The notes: generated by a model not told the origin, from the sequence alone. DNA of 64,000 bases from an uncultured Chloroflexia bacterium (GCA_963833225.1 CAWHXD010000007.1:1-64000); one strand, 5' to 3'; counted from the stretch's first letter, positions 8,937 to 19,657 are shown. Made by a program: numbers and translations.

Positions 8937-10521
8937 GCGCTCGCGGACCAGTCGCAAGGCTCGGGCGGCTCGGCGAGGCGCATCGTGATCGGAAGGTCGT
9001 TGGTGGCGGGGCTATCCCTCTCGCCCCGACCATTTCGACCTCATGAGGTCCAAAAGCCTCGGCGAGGCCGTGGTCCAGCGCTTCCTGTGTGGGTTCGAGC
9101 TTCGCCACGCTGACCCCGAGCACGCGCATGCGCTCGAAGAGCGTCGTTGCGAGGGCCCGACGATCGTCGGGGTCCGCGTCGGCCCACCACGCCGGAAGGT
9201 TCTCGAGATAGCGGCGGACCTCGTCGGGTGGCAAGGTCGGCCGCTCCGAACCGCCCGCAGCCTCGGCCTCCGCGGCGTCGAGCTCGCGCATCGTCTGCTC
9301 GAGGGCCAGGGGATCGCGATCGCGCCGGTACGTCGCAACCGCTCGCTCGCGCTCCTCCTCGATCCGGGCCAGGCGCAGCTGGTTGGGCTCTGTCCCAGCC
9401 CCTCGGCGATACGCACCCGCAGCGGCCTCGACGTCGCGCGCGCCCAGGCGGACCCGCTCCAATACGAACGGCACCATCGCCTCGTACTCGTCGCGCCCGT
9501 AGCTCTGGCCCGGGATCCGGGTGTGGCGCCCGCGGACCGAGCCGCCCGCTGGTCGGGCAGCCATGAACGCTGTACACGCGTCGAGGTGGCGGTAGCGGTC
9601 CTTGTCGCCCACGAGCCGGCGGCCGCAGGCGGCGCACGCGAGCATCGGCAGGGCATAGGTCCGGCGCGTCTCGGGCCGGCCCGGCGAGCGGCGGTTGCGG
9701 GCGGCCCGCAGGTCCGCCACGCGGCGCCAGGTTTCCTCGTCGACGACCGGGTCCCAGTTCGCCGCCGATCCGTCGCGCAGCCGGCCCCGGTACAGGGGCG
9801 AGGTGAGGATGCCCCGGATCGTGTGGAGGCCGATCCCGAGCCGGCCCGCCACCTCGCGGTCGGTCAGCCCGGCGGCGGCCAGCGCGTAGGCGCGGACGGC
9901 CGTGGCGATGCGCTCGGGATCGATCTCGACGACCCTGGCGTCGCCTGCCCGACGGAAGCCGAAGGGCGGATGGCCGCCCGGGTCGCCCCGCGTCTCGCGC
10001 TTGGCGGCGTAGCCCGCCCGCACGTTGCGGCTCTGCTCGCGCGAGTTGATCTCGGCCGCCTTGGCCTTGTCGACCAGGCGCTCCCAGTCCGCGGCGTTGG
10101 AGGAGAGGATCCGGTCGTCGCAGATGTAGACGACGACACCCTGGCGGTGGAACCAGCGCCGGTACGAGAGCGCGAGGGCGAGATCGCGCATGTAGCGCGC
10201 GGTGTAGCCGACGAGGAGGACATCGAACGCGCCCGCCTCGGCCGCGGCGAGCATGGCCCGGAACTCGGGCGTCCGCGTTGCCGGCGGATCATCCATCGAG
10301 TCGGGGCCCGACCAGCCCGACCGCCCGACCGTCCAGGCGAGCCCGGTGTCGGCGAGCCCGAGCGCCGTGATCGCGGTGTCCTGCATCCGGCGCTGCGACG
10401 GCGGTCCCCATCGATCGAGCTGGCCCGGCGTGCTCTCGCGGATCCAGCGCGCCGCCCGGAGGCCGCGCAACTCCGAGGCATCGCGCGCGAGGCGCAGGTC
10501 GGCGGCGCGGAGCGCGCTCAC
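8887..10521 (-). CDS. Large serine recombinase (the only apparently full-length copy)
   Basis: ARWIREST catalytic Ser; LLVGYTARYMRD; GGHPPFGF recombinase domain; CAACG zinc ribbon. GTG start overlaps the upstream stop; the ORF reads through the core at 9017. Confidence 0.9.
   Translation of the reverse strand: MSALRAADLRLARDASELRGLRAARWIRESTPGQLDRWGPPSQRRMQDTAITALGLADTGLAWTVGRSGWSGPDSMDDPPATRTPEFRAMLAAAEAGAFDVLLVGYTARYMRDLALALSYRRWFHRQGVVVYICDDRILSSNAADWERLVDKAKAAEINSREQSRNVRAGYAAKRETRGDPGGHPPFGFRRAGDARVVEIDPERIATAVRAYALAAAGLTDREVAGRLGIGLHTIRGILTSPLYRGRLRDGSAANWDPVVDEETWRRVADLRAARNRRSPGRPETRRTYALPMLACAACGRRLVGDKDRYRHLDACTAFMAARPAGGSVRGRHTRIPGQSYGRDEYEAMVPFVLERVRLGARDVEAAAGAYRRGAGTEPNQLRLARIEEERERAVATYRRDRDPLALEQTMRELDAAEAEAAGGSERPTLPPDEVRRYLENLPAWWADADPDDRRALATTLFERMRVLGVSVAKLEPTQEALDHGLAEAFGPHEVEMVGARGIAPPPTTFRSRCASPSRPSLATGPRAHDATVVPPPRRARDRA
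9017..9032 (+). repeat. att core 1 (tRNA-Pro 3' end)
   Basis: Exact CCTCTCGCCCCGACCA; left arm type C. Confidence 0.9.
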
Positions 10522-10820
10522 CGGGCCGAGGTGCCGGTGCGGCGGCGGACGCGGCGACGGGTGCGGGTGCGGGCCGGGGCTTGGGGGTCTGGCATCGGTC
10601 GTACGGTCATTCGGGTAGGTCGGCGGACGCGCATCGTACCCTGTCGTGACCCAGCCTTCGCGCGCCGCTCGGCGATGTGGCGGAGCCCCTCGGCGAGGAC
10701 GAAGACGAGCCGGCAGGTTCCGGGATCGTCGCCGTGCAGCGACCCCTCGAGGGGCCGTGTCTCGGGCGCCGAGGCCGCGCCGGCCTGCCGACGCCGGACG
10801 GTGCCGTGTCGCACCGTCAC
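10518..10820 (-). CDS. Small hypothetical protein between Replic_Relax and LSR
   Basis: GTGA overlaps at both ends. Confidence 0.45.
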   Translation of the reverse strand: MTVRHGTVRRRQAGAASAPETRPLEGSLHGDDPGTCRLVFVLAEGLRHIAERRAKAGSRQGTMRVRRPTRMTVRPMPDPQAPARTRTRRRVRRRTGTSAR

Positions 10821-11752
10821 GCGAGCGCCTCGTCATGGAGTTCGAGTCCACCCTCACCGAGGAGGCGGAGCCACGCGTCGGATCCGACCGGGGTCGGGCA
10901 ACGCCTCGGCTGCGGGTCGGTCAGGAGACCCCGCAGGACCGATCGCTTGGGATCGGCCGTGAGCCCGCGGATCGGCGCGTCGTAGCCGTTGGCCCAAAGA
11001 TCGGGCAGCAGGGTGACCCAGGCCTTGCCCGAGAGCCCGGGACGCCCGAGCCGGCGCCCGATGGCCGCGAGGCGCGCCGCCCGCTCGGGCGAGCCCGTTA
11101 CGAACAGGACGCACCAGGTCCTCGACCACAATGCCTTCTCGTAGCGCGCGAGCTTGTCCTCGATGACCGGGCCATGCTCGGTCGCCTCGTCGATCTCGAG
11201 GCACAGGATGGTCGAGCCGGTCGGTCCGGCCACGGCGAGGATCCCGTCGGGATAGACGCCGCGGAGGGTGTCGTGGCACATCGACTCGGTGAGCCAGGCG
11301 GTCATGACGGGACCGGTGTCGGGCTCGCCGTGCTGCGCCGCGAGCAGGGCGCAGACGGTCTCGACCCCGTTGAGGCTGTGGCGGAGCTGGGTCCCTGCCC
11401 GGCCGCGGGTGAGCGGGCCGTAGTGGAGGCGGCGACGGCCGCGGGGACTGATCCGGAAGGCGAACGGGGCACCGCCGCGGGTGACCGGGGGCAGGACGGC
11501 CCGTTCGAGGTAGCCCGCCCGGTAGAGGCGGGCGAGGCGTTCCTGCGCCGTCTGGCGGCGGTGGTAGACGAGGGCGGTCAGCTGGGTGGTCGTGGCGACA
11601 TCGGCGCGATACAGGATGCGCAGGGCTGCGCGGTCACGGTAGGTCAGCAGACCCGGGTCCACGATGGCCCGGGCGGGAGGCGCCGGCGCGGCAGCGAAGG
11701 CACCGATCATGGGTGTGTGGGGTCCCGGGTCGCGGCCGTCGCGATCGAGCAC
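10817..11752 (-). CDS. Replication-relaxation (Replic_Relax) family protein
   Basis: N-terminal wHTH, QLRHSL, YPDG..LCLEIDEATE..IEDKLARY. Confidence 0.8.
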   Translation of the reverse strand: MLDRDGRDPGPHTPMIGAFAAAPAPPARAIVDPGLLTYRDRAALRILYRADVATTTQLTALVYHRRQTAQERLARLYRAGYLERAVLPPVTRGGAPFAFRISPRGRRRLHYGPLTRGRAGTQLRHSLNGVETVCALLAAQHGEPDTGPVMTAWLTESMCHDTLRGVYPDGILAVAGPTGSTILCLEIDEATEHGPVIEDKLARYEKALWSRTWCVLFVTGSPERAARLAAIGRRLGRPGLSGKAWVTLLPDLWANGYDAPIRGLTADPKRSVLRGLLTDPQPRRCPTPVGSDAWLRLLGEGGLELHDEALA

Positions 11753-12349
11753 GAAACCCCGTGCACCGAAGGCGTGCCCGGAACGCGGGCCGCTGCCCCC
11801 ATCCCTGCCAGACGGGCGGCGTCGGAGCGACCGGTATTGCTGGCGTTGACTGTGCGGACCACGGTGATCATGGCGTGGGCGACCTCATAGAAGGACTGTG
11901 CGTACCTCGATTTCGACGAAGCTGGCCGCGTTCCAAGGTCCGGCGATCGGGTTGACCCCGCAGGTGCTCGCGCATGGGAGCTCCGACGGGGTCGACACCG
12001 GGTCCGCCTGACCAGCCGCAGCGCAGGCGTCAGGCCGCTCGTCACGCGGGACCGTCTCCGGCCGCCGGGGCGTGACCCCTGGCGCGGTCGCGATGGGTGG
12101 CGACTCGACGGGACGAGGTGCGCCACCGGGACGGGTACCCGCGGACGACCGACGCGACGTCAGCCGCCGAGCTCCAACCGTACGCCGCTGTCCGGCTCGG
12201 CTCAAGGGGGGCTTGTGTACCGGCGTGCGTCACGAGGTTCCACCTGCGGAGCTGTCAGCCGGTACTGAGGAGCGGCACGGATCTGGACCTCGCCGCCCGC
12301 AGCGCCGCCGATCGATCGGGTCCTGCTCGCTGGCGGCCAGTCGGGTGGT

Positions 12350-12608
12350 CCCGCGTGATCGCTGGGACGCTTTCCTCGCGCAGCGCGGCGACGCGTTCCG
12401 CGCGGCCACCGGCGCCGAGATGAGCCTCGAGGCGGCCATCCACCAGTACGGCGGCTTCCGCTACCGCGAGCACTGGGACGTCGGCGATGTCGTCACCGTG
12501 CGCAACGCGGAGCGAGCCATCAGCTAGGCCGCCCGTGTCGTCGAGGCCAAGGAGCCACAGGTCGCCCGGCTTGACGTACGGCTCGTCGGACGGCTCGGGC
12601 AAGGTCAC
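12350..12608. pseudogene. Phage gene scraps: tail-protein-like C-terminus (+) and ParB-MTase piece (-)
   Basis: YREHWDVGDVVTV on +; LPEPSDEPYVKPGDLWLLG on -, homologous to the gene at 1-569. Confidence 0.5.
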
Positions 12609-12682
12609 TTGACTGATGTGTCCGGGGGGGCGATCCTGCCCTTCGCGTCCCGGTGGACTGGCTGTCGCAAGGGGAGGAGTCC

Positions 12683-13945
12683 ATGAGACGCTCCAGCACA
12701 GGGTCGGTGCCTCGGTGGGCGAGTAGCATCCGCATCGTGGCGTTCGTGCCTTTCCTCCTGGGAGGCTGCATCCAGCCGGTGGGGGAGGTCACCTCTCCCG
12801 GGTCCTCTGAAGTTGTGGCGGAGTCGCACTCGCCCACTGCTTCCTTCTTGGCAGCAACACCTTCCGCTGTCGCGTCGTCTCCTACCCTGACGGTCGAGCC
12901 GTCTCCTACTCCTACCGCCGTCGTCCCTTCCGACCGCAGCGTGGCGATCGTGCGGGCTGCGACGGCAGATCACGCGCCGGCTGCGCTGGCTGGTCGTTCC
13001 TGGGTGGCCGCGTTGTCGGGCTCGACCTTGGCAAGGTCGTCGGGCTCGACCCTGGTCGGTCGCATCGGCGACCGGGACCGCATGCGGCTGAAAGGGCCGG
13101 TCCTCGCTGTCACCCCGTCGCTCGTCATCGCCGCGACGGTCGCCTCCGACGGGAGCTCGACGAGGATCGACGTCCTGAGCCGCGTCGACGGCGATCCGGC
13201 CCTCGAGTCGGTCGCACTGCACGGGCAGATGAGCGTTGGCGCTGTCGCGGGCGATCGACTCTACGTGACGGGTTATGCCGCCGACTTGTATGGGGACCCG
13301 GGCGTATTCGCGATCTCATTGCTGGACGGCACGGTCACTTCGGTGATCGAGTCTCGTGAAGTCCCCGAGCGTTCCGCTCCGATAGCGCGCAGCATGCTCG
13401 TTTCGCGATCGGGCAACACCCTGATCTCGAGTGTCTGCACGATCGGAGGCGGTTGCAGCGGTGGCAGCGTGATCGACGCCGCGTCCGGCCGCCTCGTGGC
13501 CGAGCTGGCCACGGGCGATGGGCCGTCGGCGCTCAACGACGCCTATGCGCTCGTTCGAAGCGGCGGCGACGTCACGACGAGCCTGGCGCTGTTTGACTGG
13601 CGGAACAACCGGGAGTTGTGGCGCTTGACTGGAGATGAGTTCGGCTGGGCCTACGTGACCGACGCTGGCGTCGTGGTCGCCGGGGTTGGCGACCGACTGG
13701 GCAAGATCAGCCTGGACGGCCGTGTCGACTACTCGGCGGAACTGCCTGGCCGGTCACCGACGCTCTGGCCGGCGCTGTCGACCGATGCCCTGGTGGTCGT
13801 GGGCACCAACGGCCCGTTCCCTGGGAACCCCCGTGAGGATGGGGTGCTTGGAGAACATGGGGTGGTGCAGGCCACGGTGGTCGACCTGCGTGATCTGAGC
13901 GTCGAGGCCGATGCAATCACGATCGACCTCAATACCCAGTCCTGA
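12683..13945 (+). CDS. Secreted lipoprotein, beta-propeller-like
   Basis: GGAGGAG RBS; LLGGC lipobox; S/P/T linker; repeated beta-blade motifs (IDAASGRLV, LFDWRNNRELWR). Confidence 0.65.
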   Translation: MRRSSTGSVPRWASSIRIVAFVPFLLGGCIQPVGEVTSPGSSEVVAESHSPTASFLAATPSAVASSPTLTVEPSPTPTAVVPSDRSVAIVRAATADHAPAALAGRSWVAALSGSTLARSSGSTLVGRIGDRDRMRLKGPVLAVTPSLVIAATVASDGSSTRIDVLSRVDGDPALESVALHGQMSVGAVAGDRLYVTGYAADLYGDPGVFAISLLDGTVTSVIESREVPERSAPIARSMLVSRSGNTLISSVCTIGGGCSGGSVIDAASGRLVAELATGDGPSALNDAYALVRSGGDVTTSLALFDWRNNRELWRLTGDEFGWAYVTDAGVVVAGVGDRLGKISLDGRVDYSAELPGRSPTLWPALSTDALVVVGTNGPFPGNPREDGVLGEHGVVQATVVDLRDLSVEADAITIDLNTQS

Positions 13946-13974
13946 TCGTTTCCGTTCCGGTGAGGTCCGTCGAA

Positions 13975-15042
13975 ATGCAGCACACTCGGCTGGCGGTAGC
14001 TATGGGCGTCCTTCTCGCAATCTCAGCCGCCGGCTCGGCGCTGGCTCGGTCCCCAATCACGACTGGTGCCAAGCGCAACTTCCACGGCCACGATCCAGTG
14101 ACGTACCAGCGAGCTGGTGCGGGCGGCGCGGCATGGTGGGCGGATACGGTAGATATCGAACTTGAGGACAACTTCCATAGCCTCAACAAGAACAACACTG
14201 GCCTCCCGTGGTTGGATCATGACGGCTCCGGAACGGCAACGGTCATCTATCGCGACCAGACATACTCCCCCTGTGGCACAGAAAGCAGCGGTTGGCTGGC
14301 GTGCGCGGACAACCCGCAGAAGAACGAGAACTGGATCGTCTACGTTCGCGACCTAAGTCCGGGCGCAGAACACCCTATCGTAGGCGGGGTCTGGAAGGAG
14401 GAAACGGACAGTTGCAGTGGAAGCAGCGCCTGCTGGTACCTCAAGCGCGCGCTAATTCATGAGTTGGGGCACGCGATGGCGGCCCTCAATCACGCGGACA
14501 ACCGACCTGAGAGCGACACTGTCATGAATCCCAATGACCCTCCGATCGGCGCGTCTCAAGGAGGCTACGACCACTACAGGTTCCAGCCATGTGATGAAGC
14601 AGCCGTGCAGCTCGTATGGGACCTGTACGACAAAGGCGAACACTACGCCGACTGCTTCACCTCGGGCATTGACAATCTCGGGCCCACAGGACTGAAGACG
14701 CGGTTGACGACTGCCTACAGTACCTTCTACGCCTGTCCGGGGGAGACAGTGGGGGTCACAGGCAGGCTCGACGTCTGGGACTATGACTCCTACAAGAAAC
14801 TCGGAGGCAACGGGCTGTGGGATCGGAAGGTGTGGTTTGACCGCTTTTCGACGACGCACTATGCGTCCGCCGTCGTAGCCTCAGGCGGTGGCGACAACTG
14901 GGCAAAGAACCTCCCCACCGGCAACTACGAGGTCTACTTCGACCAAACTGATGCCGGTGCTGCCGACGCCGGGAATGGACTAAGCGATTCCGCCAGCATT
15001 GGGTTCACCGTGGTTCAGCTGAACCCAGGCGCCTGCCAGTAG
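13975..15042 (+). CDS. Secreted metzincin-like zinc metalloprotease
   Basis: Signal peptide; HELGHAMAALNH followed by a Met-turn (TVMNP). Confidence 0.75.
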   Translation: MQHTRLAVAMGVLLAISAAGSALARSPITTGAKRNFHGHDPVTYQRAGAGGAAWWADTVDIELEDNFHSLNKNNTGLPWLDHDGSGTATVIYRDQTYSPCGTESSGWLACADNPQKNENWIVYVRDLSPGAEHPIVGGVWKEETDSCSGSSACWYLKRALIHELGHAMAALNHADNRPESDTVMNPNDPPIGASQGGYDHYRFQPCDEAAVQLVWDLYDKGEHYADCFTSGIDNLGPTGLKTRLTTAYSTFYACPGETVGVTGRLDVWDYDSYKKLGGNGLWDRKVWFDRFSTTHYASAVVASGGGDNWAKNLPTGNYEVYFDQTDAGAADAGNGLSDSASIGFTVVQLNPGACQ

Positions 15043-15169
15043 TAGCTGCGCATCGCCTCGCGCCGCGCGGCTGCCCCCGGTCGTTGGTGAACGCCTCACG
15101 CCGCTGTGCGGACTGGAGTTGCCCCGGTTTCATGGACGGTGAACTCTTTGCATGATCAGGCGACCAGGG

Positions 15170-15250
15170 GCCTCGGAACCGGACGCTCTTCTCGCTGGCC
15201 GAGGCGAACGCGGCGATCCGCGAGCGCCTCGTCTGGCTCAACGAGCAGAC
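15170..15250 (+). pseudogene. IS21 istA fragment
   Basis: RNRTLFSLAEANAAIRERLVWLNE. Confidence 0.55.
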
Positions 15251-15259
15251 GAGGTACCG

Positions 15260-15347
15260 CGTAGGGGTCGGAAACCCCGATTCGCGCTCAGATCAGCCCG
15301 GTACGATCGGCTGATGTGGTTCCTCGTCTACCTGCTCACCCGCACCC
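15260..15347 (+). repeat. Left end of an integrase-core IS; inverted partner at 16503-16597
   Basis: GGGGTCGGAAACCCCGATTCGCGCTCAGATCAGCCCGGTACGATCGGCTGA is mirrored at about 16543-16593. Confidence 0.8.
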
Positions 15348-16502
15348 TGAAGGGTTCAACAATCAGGATCACGCTGCCCGGCGGTACTCGTGGATCAGCC
15401 CGCCGAGCACGTCTCTTCGTTCGACCAGGGTTGGGGTGGCACCCGTAACCTGGGCTGGTCGGATGCCGGCCGGCACGGCAAGACCCAGGCCCCGGTGCGG
15501 TCTCTCGTCGACGTAGTGCGTCGACGTACGCCCCGAGCACGTGCTCGAGATGGCGAGGGCCGTAGACCAGGACGTGGTCGAGGCACTCCCGGCGCACGGT
15601 CCGCACAAACCGCTCCGCGAAGGCGTTCGCCCGAGGTGCCCGGACCGGGGTTCGGATGACGCGGACGCCCTCGGCGCGGAGCACCGCATCGAACGGTCCC
15701 GTGAACTTGGTGTCCCGGTCGCGCACGAGGAACCGCACATCCGACAGCCGCTCCTCGATGGCGAGGTTCCGCGCCTGCTGGGTGACCCAGGCCGAGTCAG
15801 GGTGTGCGGTCACGCCGGCCAGGTGCACCCGTCGCGTGGAGAGCTCGATGAAGAACAAGGCGTAGAGGGTCCTGAGACCGATCGTCTCGACGGTGAAGAA
15901 GTCGGTCGCCCAGATCCCCGCTGCCTGTGACCGCAGGAACTCGGCCCACGTCGGGCCACCCCGGCGTGGAGCAGGGTTCATGCCGTTGCGCAGGAGGATC
16001 GTCCGGACCGTCGTCGCAGAGATCCTGATCCCGAGCTTGCGGAGCTCCCCGCGGATCCGCTGGTATCCCCAGCGCGGGTTCTCCCGGCCGAGTCGGACGA
16101 CGAGGTCCCGGACATCGGGCCCGATCGGCGGGCGTCCGGGGTGCCCTGTCCGCCGATACGTCCACTTCCTCCGGGCGAGTTCCCGGTGCCAGCGCAGCAG
16201 GGTCTCCGGCCGCACGATGAACGACGACCAGCTGCCTCTCGGCAACCCGGTGCTCGCGGCCGCGAGCAGGACCCGGTCGAGACGGTTGAGCCTGGGACGC
16301 TTGACCTGCCGCTGGAGCACCTTCACCTGGTGGCGGAGCACGAGGAGCTCGATGTCCCTCGCAGCGTGTTGGCGACCTCCGGCTCCGAGGAGACGGCGGA
16401 CCAGGAAGTAGAGGAGCGAGAACAGCATGGAGCTCCTTCGGCCGTGGGAAACCGCATGCTACAGGTGCAGTTGACACCAGAATCGGGAAACTGAACCCTT
16501 CA
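15348..16502 (-). mobile_element. IS with rve integrase-core transposase (IS3/IS481-like), copy 1, frameshifted near the 3' end
   Basis: TIR TGAAGGGTTCA/TGAACCCTTCA; DFF, RDRD and NAFAER motifs; one extra base near 15519 relative to copy 2. Confidence 0.85.
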
Positions 16503-16851
16503 GGGCGACAAGGGTGCGGATGAGCAGGTAGACGAGCGACACTCAGCCGATCGTACCGGGCTGATCTGAGCGCGAATCGGGGTTTCCGACCCCCACGGGG
16601 CCACATGCCGCTGCGGAGCGATCACTGCCAACGTCGCTCTGCTGGCGCTGGACGAGCTCGACGCCTGACGCGCACGCGTCTACGGTGAGGCCGTCGCAGG
16701 GACCGAGCGTGAGCACGATGGCTTCCCAAACTGCACGGTATGACAGCCACGAGCATCGAGGCTTAGGGTGTTTTCTGGAGAGCGACCCAACCGCGAGTAG
16801 GCGGCAAGGGTAGTAATAGGTGGAATGGTGGGCCTTCCCAATCTTCACGCG

Positions 16852-17340
16852 ATGTTGCGACCGTCCTCGCGGACGGCGCGACTCGATGCTGCGGCGTTCG
16901 CAGAAGCCGTGCTACCGCGCATGCCGGCGATGCTTCGGTTAGCAGCCCGCCTGGGCCCCCAAGACGCATTCGAAGACGTTGTCCAGGATGCGCTGATCCG
17001 GGCCTGGCGCCATCGTTCAAGCTACGACGAACGTCGGGGCACCCTCTCCGCTTGGTTGATGACCATCGTGGCGAACGAGGCGCGGCGTGCGCACTCGCGG
17101 AAGAGGCGGCCGCTGGCTGTCTCCCCCTTTGCGGCGCCTGCAAGCGAGGACGGGAGCATCGACCTCGAAGCAGCCCTCGGGGATCTGGCACCACGGCAGC
17201 GCCTGGCGGTCGACTGCCACTACTTCGCCGGTTTGTCAATTGGCGAGACCGCGGCCGTCATGAGGTGCAGTGAGGGGACGGTCAAGTCGACATTGTCTGA
17301 TGCCCGAGCTCGACTACGCGATTACCTGGAGGAACGCTAG
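16852..17340 (+). CDS. ECF sigma-70 factor
   Basis: EDVVQDALIRAWR, AWLMTIVANEAR, GLSIGETAAVMRCSEGTVKSTLSDAR. Confidence 0.9.
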   Translation: MLRPSSRTARLDAAAFAEAVLPRMPAMLRLAARLGPQDAFEDVVQDALIRAWRHRSSYDERRGTLSAWLMTIVANEARRAHSRKRRPLAVSPFAAPASEDGSIDLEAALGDLAPRQRLAVDCHYFAGLSIGETAAVMRCSEGTVKSTLSDARARLRDYLEER

Positions 17341-18345
17341 ATGGCAAGCGATGCTGATATCGATCGGATGCTGTTGGAGCACGCAGCGCGATGGCAGGCA
17401 ACCATCCGCACTAACGCCTCCATCGATGTGGGGACATTTCGTGGCGGTGCGTCACGTGGACCGTTTGCGGTCGCCATGATCACCGTTGCAGCCTTCGGAG
17501 TCGTCGCAGCAGCGGTCGCGGTGAATTCAGTTGGCCCCTTGACACCCGTCGCCGAACCCGGGTCGAGCCGTTTCCCGGCGCGAACCGACGCAACGTTGTC
17601 GGCAAGCACGGCGCCGCCGAATGGCCTCCAGGACGATGTCGTCGGCATCGGCGATGTCGTTGTCGCAACCGGGACTCTGGTCGCGACCGGACCCACGGAG
17701 GGGTTCATTTGCACGGAACTTGCTTGGGCAGGAGAGTGGCCCGTTTGCGCGAGCTCGACGGGTGTGCCGGTCCGCCTGAACGACGACGCCTTGGGTGGGC
17801 AATACGTCAAGGTCCGAGGGGTCTGGGATGGCACGTCGATCGAAGCTCGCGAAATCACCCCGGTCGACGAACCTCCGCCGGAGCCGCTTCCCCGGATCGC
17901 TTGCCGCGCCCCCGCCGATGGCTGGCCTGGTCAACCCAGGGGCGATGATGGGGAGTCGGTGGTTCGAGCTCTTGAAACAGAGTTGCTGCGTCACCCGGCC
18001 CTCTATGTCGGTATGTGGTCGGGTGTCGCCGACTCGGGAGGCGCGGCTGGCGACGTGCGCGTGCTCGTCGTCGGCACTGTCGGGAGCGTCGACGCAGCAA
18101 CCGATGAACTAGCCAAGGTCTACCCCTTCAACTTCTGTGTCGTCCCGGTTGAGTTCAGTGCCGATGATCTCACTGTCGTGGTGTCTAGCCTGTCGTCGTT
18201 CGAGTTCCCATGGAAGCTTCAACTTGATCCTGCGATTGACCGAGTGGTCATCACGACCAACGCCCTGAGCCAGGCAATGGCTGACGCTCTGGCGAGCCTC
18301 GCTGACCGGATCGAGCTGCGGACGCATGTAAGGAGGGACGGGTAG
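17341..18345 (+). CDS. Membrane-anchored hypothetical protein (putative anti-sigma factor)
   Basis: Abuts the ECF stop; one TM helix plus an extracellular domain. Confidence 0.6.
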   Translation: MASDADIDRMLLEHAARWQATIRTNASIDVGTFRGGASRGPFAVAMITVAAFGVVAAAVAVNSVGPLTPVAEPGSSRFPARTDATLSASTAPPNGLQDDVVGIGDVVVATGTLVATGPTEGFICTELAWAGEWPVCASSTGVPVRLNDDALGGQYVKVRGVWDGTSIEAREITPVDEPPPEPLPRIACRAPADGWPGQPRGDDGESVVRALETELLRHPALYVGMWSGVADSGGAAGDVRVLVVGTVGSVDAATDELAKVYPFNFCVVPVEFSADDLTVVVSSLSSFEFPWKLQLDPAIDRVVITTNALSQAMADALASLADRIELRTHVRRDG

Positions 18346-18522
18346 GGCGACGCCGCACGCGGTGGCTTCGCTGGGCGGATGCTGGCGGTGGTCCGAACGG
18401 GAGTGCACCTCGGCCCTCGCGCCGGGAATCAGGGCCTGGCCACAGCGCGACGCACGGTTTCGCAAGCGCCCGCTAACCGTGCGCTCGCGGAAACCCACTG
18501 TGCGTATCCGACGAAGGTCACC

Positions 18523-19015
18523 GGTCGCGTCCTGAGACCGCTGTAAAAGTGAAGACGGCGTAGGCTCCGAAGCGGACCTTGGAAGTTCGCATCAGGAGAC
18601 CACGCCGTGGATCGAAGAATAGCCCGAAGCGTCCAGATCGAGGCCGCCATCGAGGCGGCCCTGCTCAACGGGACCGGTGGTCCCGACCAGCTCTCCGAGC
18701 TCGGCCGCCTGGGTGCCCAGCTCATCCTCCAGCGGGCGGTCGAGGACGAGCTCGAAGCCTTCCTCGGACGCGCCCGGTATGCCCGGAACCCCGATGCCGC
18801 AGGCTCCCGCAACGGCACCCGCCCGCGGCGGGTCCAGACCGCCGAGGGCGAGATCACGGTCGCCATGCCCCAGGTCCGCGACACGCTGACCCGGTTCGTG
18901 AGCTCGGTCATCCCCGACACCCGGGCGGTCGTGCGGACCCGGCCCCTCGAAGCGCTGGTCATCGGCGCCTACGTCCGGGGCCTGAGTGACCGGGACATCG
19001 AGAGCCTCGCCCGGG
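18523..19015 (+). mobile_element. IS256-family element, 3'-truncated
   Basis: End GGTCGCGTCCTGAGACCGCTGTAAAAGT resembles the IS256 IR; transposase from 18607 with SRNGTRPRRVQTAEG and AYVRGLSDRDI. Confidence 0.8.
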
Positions 19016-19027
19016 TGGGAATGATCA

Positions 19028-19657
19028 CGTCAAGCGGCCCCACCGTGATCACGAGTTTTGGCCCCACCCCCGACCGATTGGTGGGTCTCTGACGGGCTGC
19101 TGATCAGGCGGCTGGCGACCCCTCCTTCCGCTTGCCCTGGCTCGTCCGAAGCCGGTACGACGAGGTTCCGGTCTCGAGGATGTGGGCCCGGAAGGTGAGC
19201 CGGTCGACGACCGCGGCAGCGAGCCGTGGGTCGGTGAATGTCTGGCCCCACTCGCTGAAGGGGGCGTTGCTGGCGACGGCGATGCTGGCCCGCTCGTCGC
19301 GTTCGGTGAGCACCTGGAACAGGAGCTCGGCACCCCGCCGGTCAAGGTGCAGGTACCCCAGCTCATCGAGGCAGAGGAGGTCGATGCGGCCGTACCTCCC
19401 GATCACCTTGGACAGCTCGCGCTCGTCCTCGGCCTCGACGAGCTCGTTGACGAGAGCGGCCGCCGTCACGTAGCGGACCCGCAGGCCCGCCTCGCAGGCG
19501 GCGATCCCGAGCCCGATGAGCAGGTGCGTCTTGCCGGTCCCCGAGTCGCCCAGGAGCACGACCGGTTCGCCGGCGCTGATCCAGGCACCCTGGGCGAGGG
19601 TCGCCAGGGCAGCCGGTTCGATCGAGGGCGTGGCGCCGAGGTCGAACTCCGACAGCC
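19028..19657 (-). mobile_element. istB: IS21 right end with 5'-truncated istB (CDS 19104-19657)
   Basis: GDSGTGKTHL Walker A, LLCLDELGY Walker B, AVVDRL, SSYR; terminal GGCCCCAC repeats. Confidence 0.85.

Noticed and set aside
10522-10857. N-terminal extension of the LSR in the 656-aa ORF call
   Set aside because: Arg/Pro-rich GC read-through; the catalytic motif follows the GTG at 10521
9043-10962. Long antisense ORFs (639 aa here; also 31785-33398, 39965-41395, 55390-56646)
   Set aside because: Shadow frames of real genes in high-GC DNA with no recognisable motifs
15115-15140. IS3-like terminus TGGAGTTGCCCCGGTTTCATGGAC
   Set aside because: A single end with no partner or transposase; too weak to call
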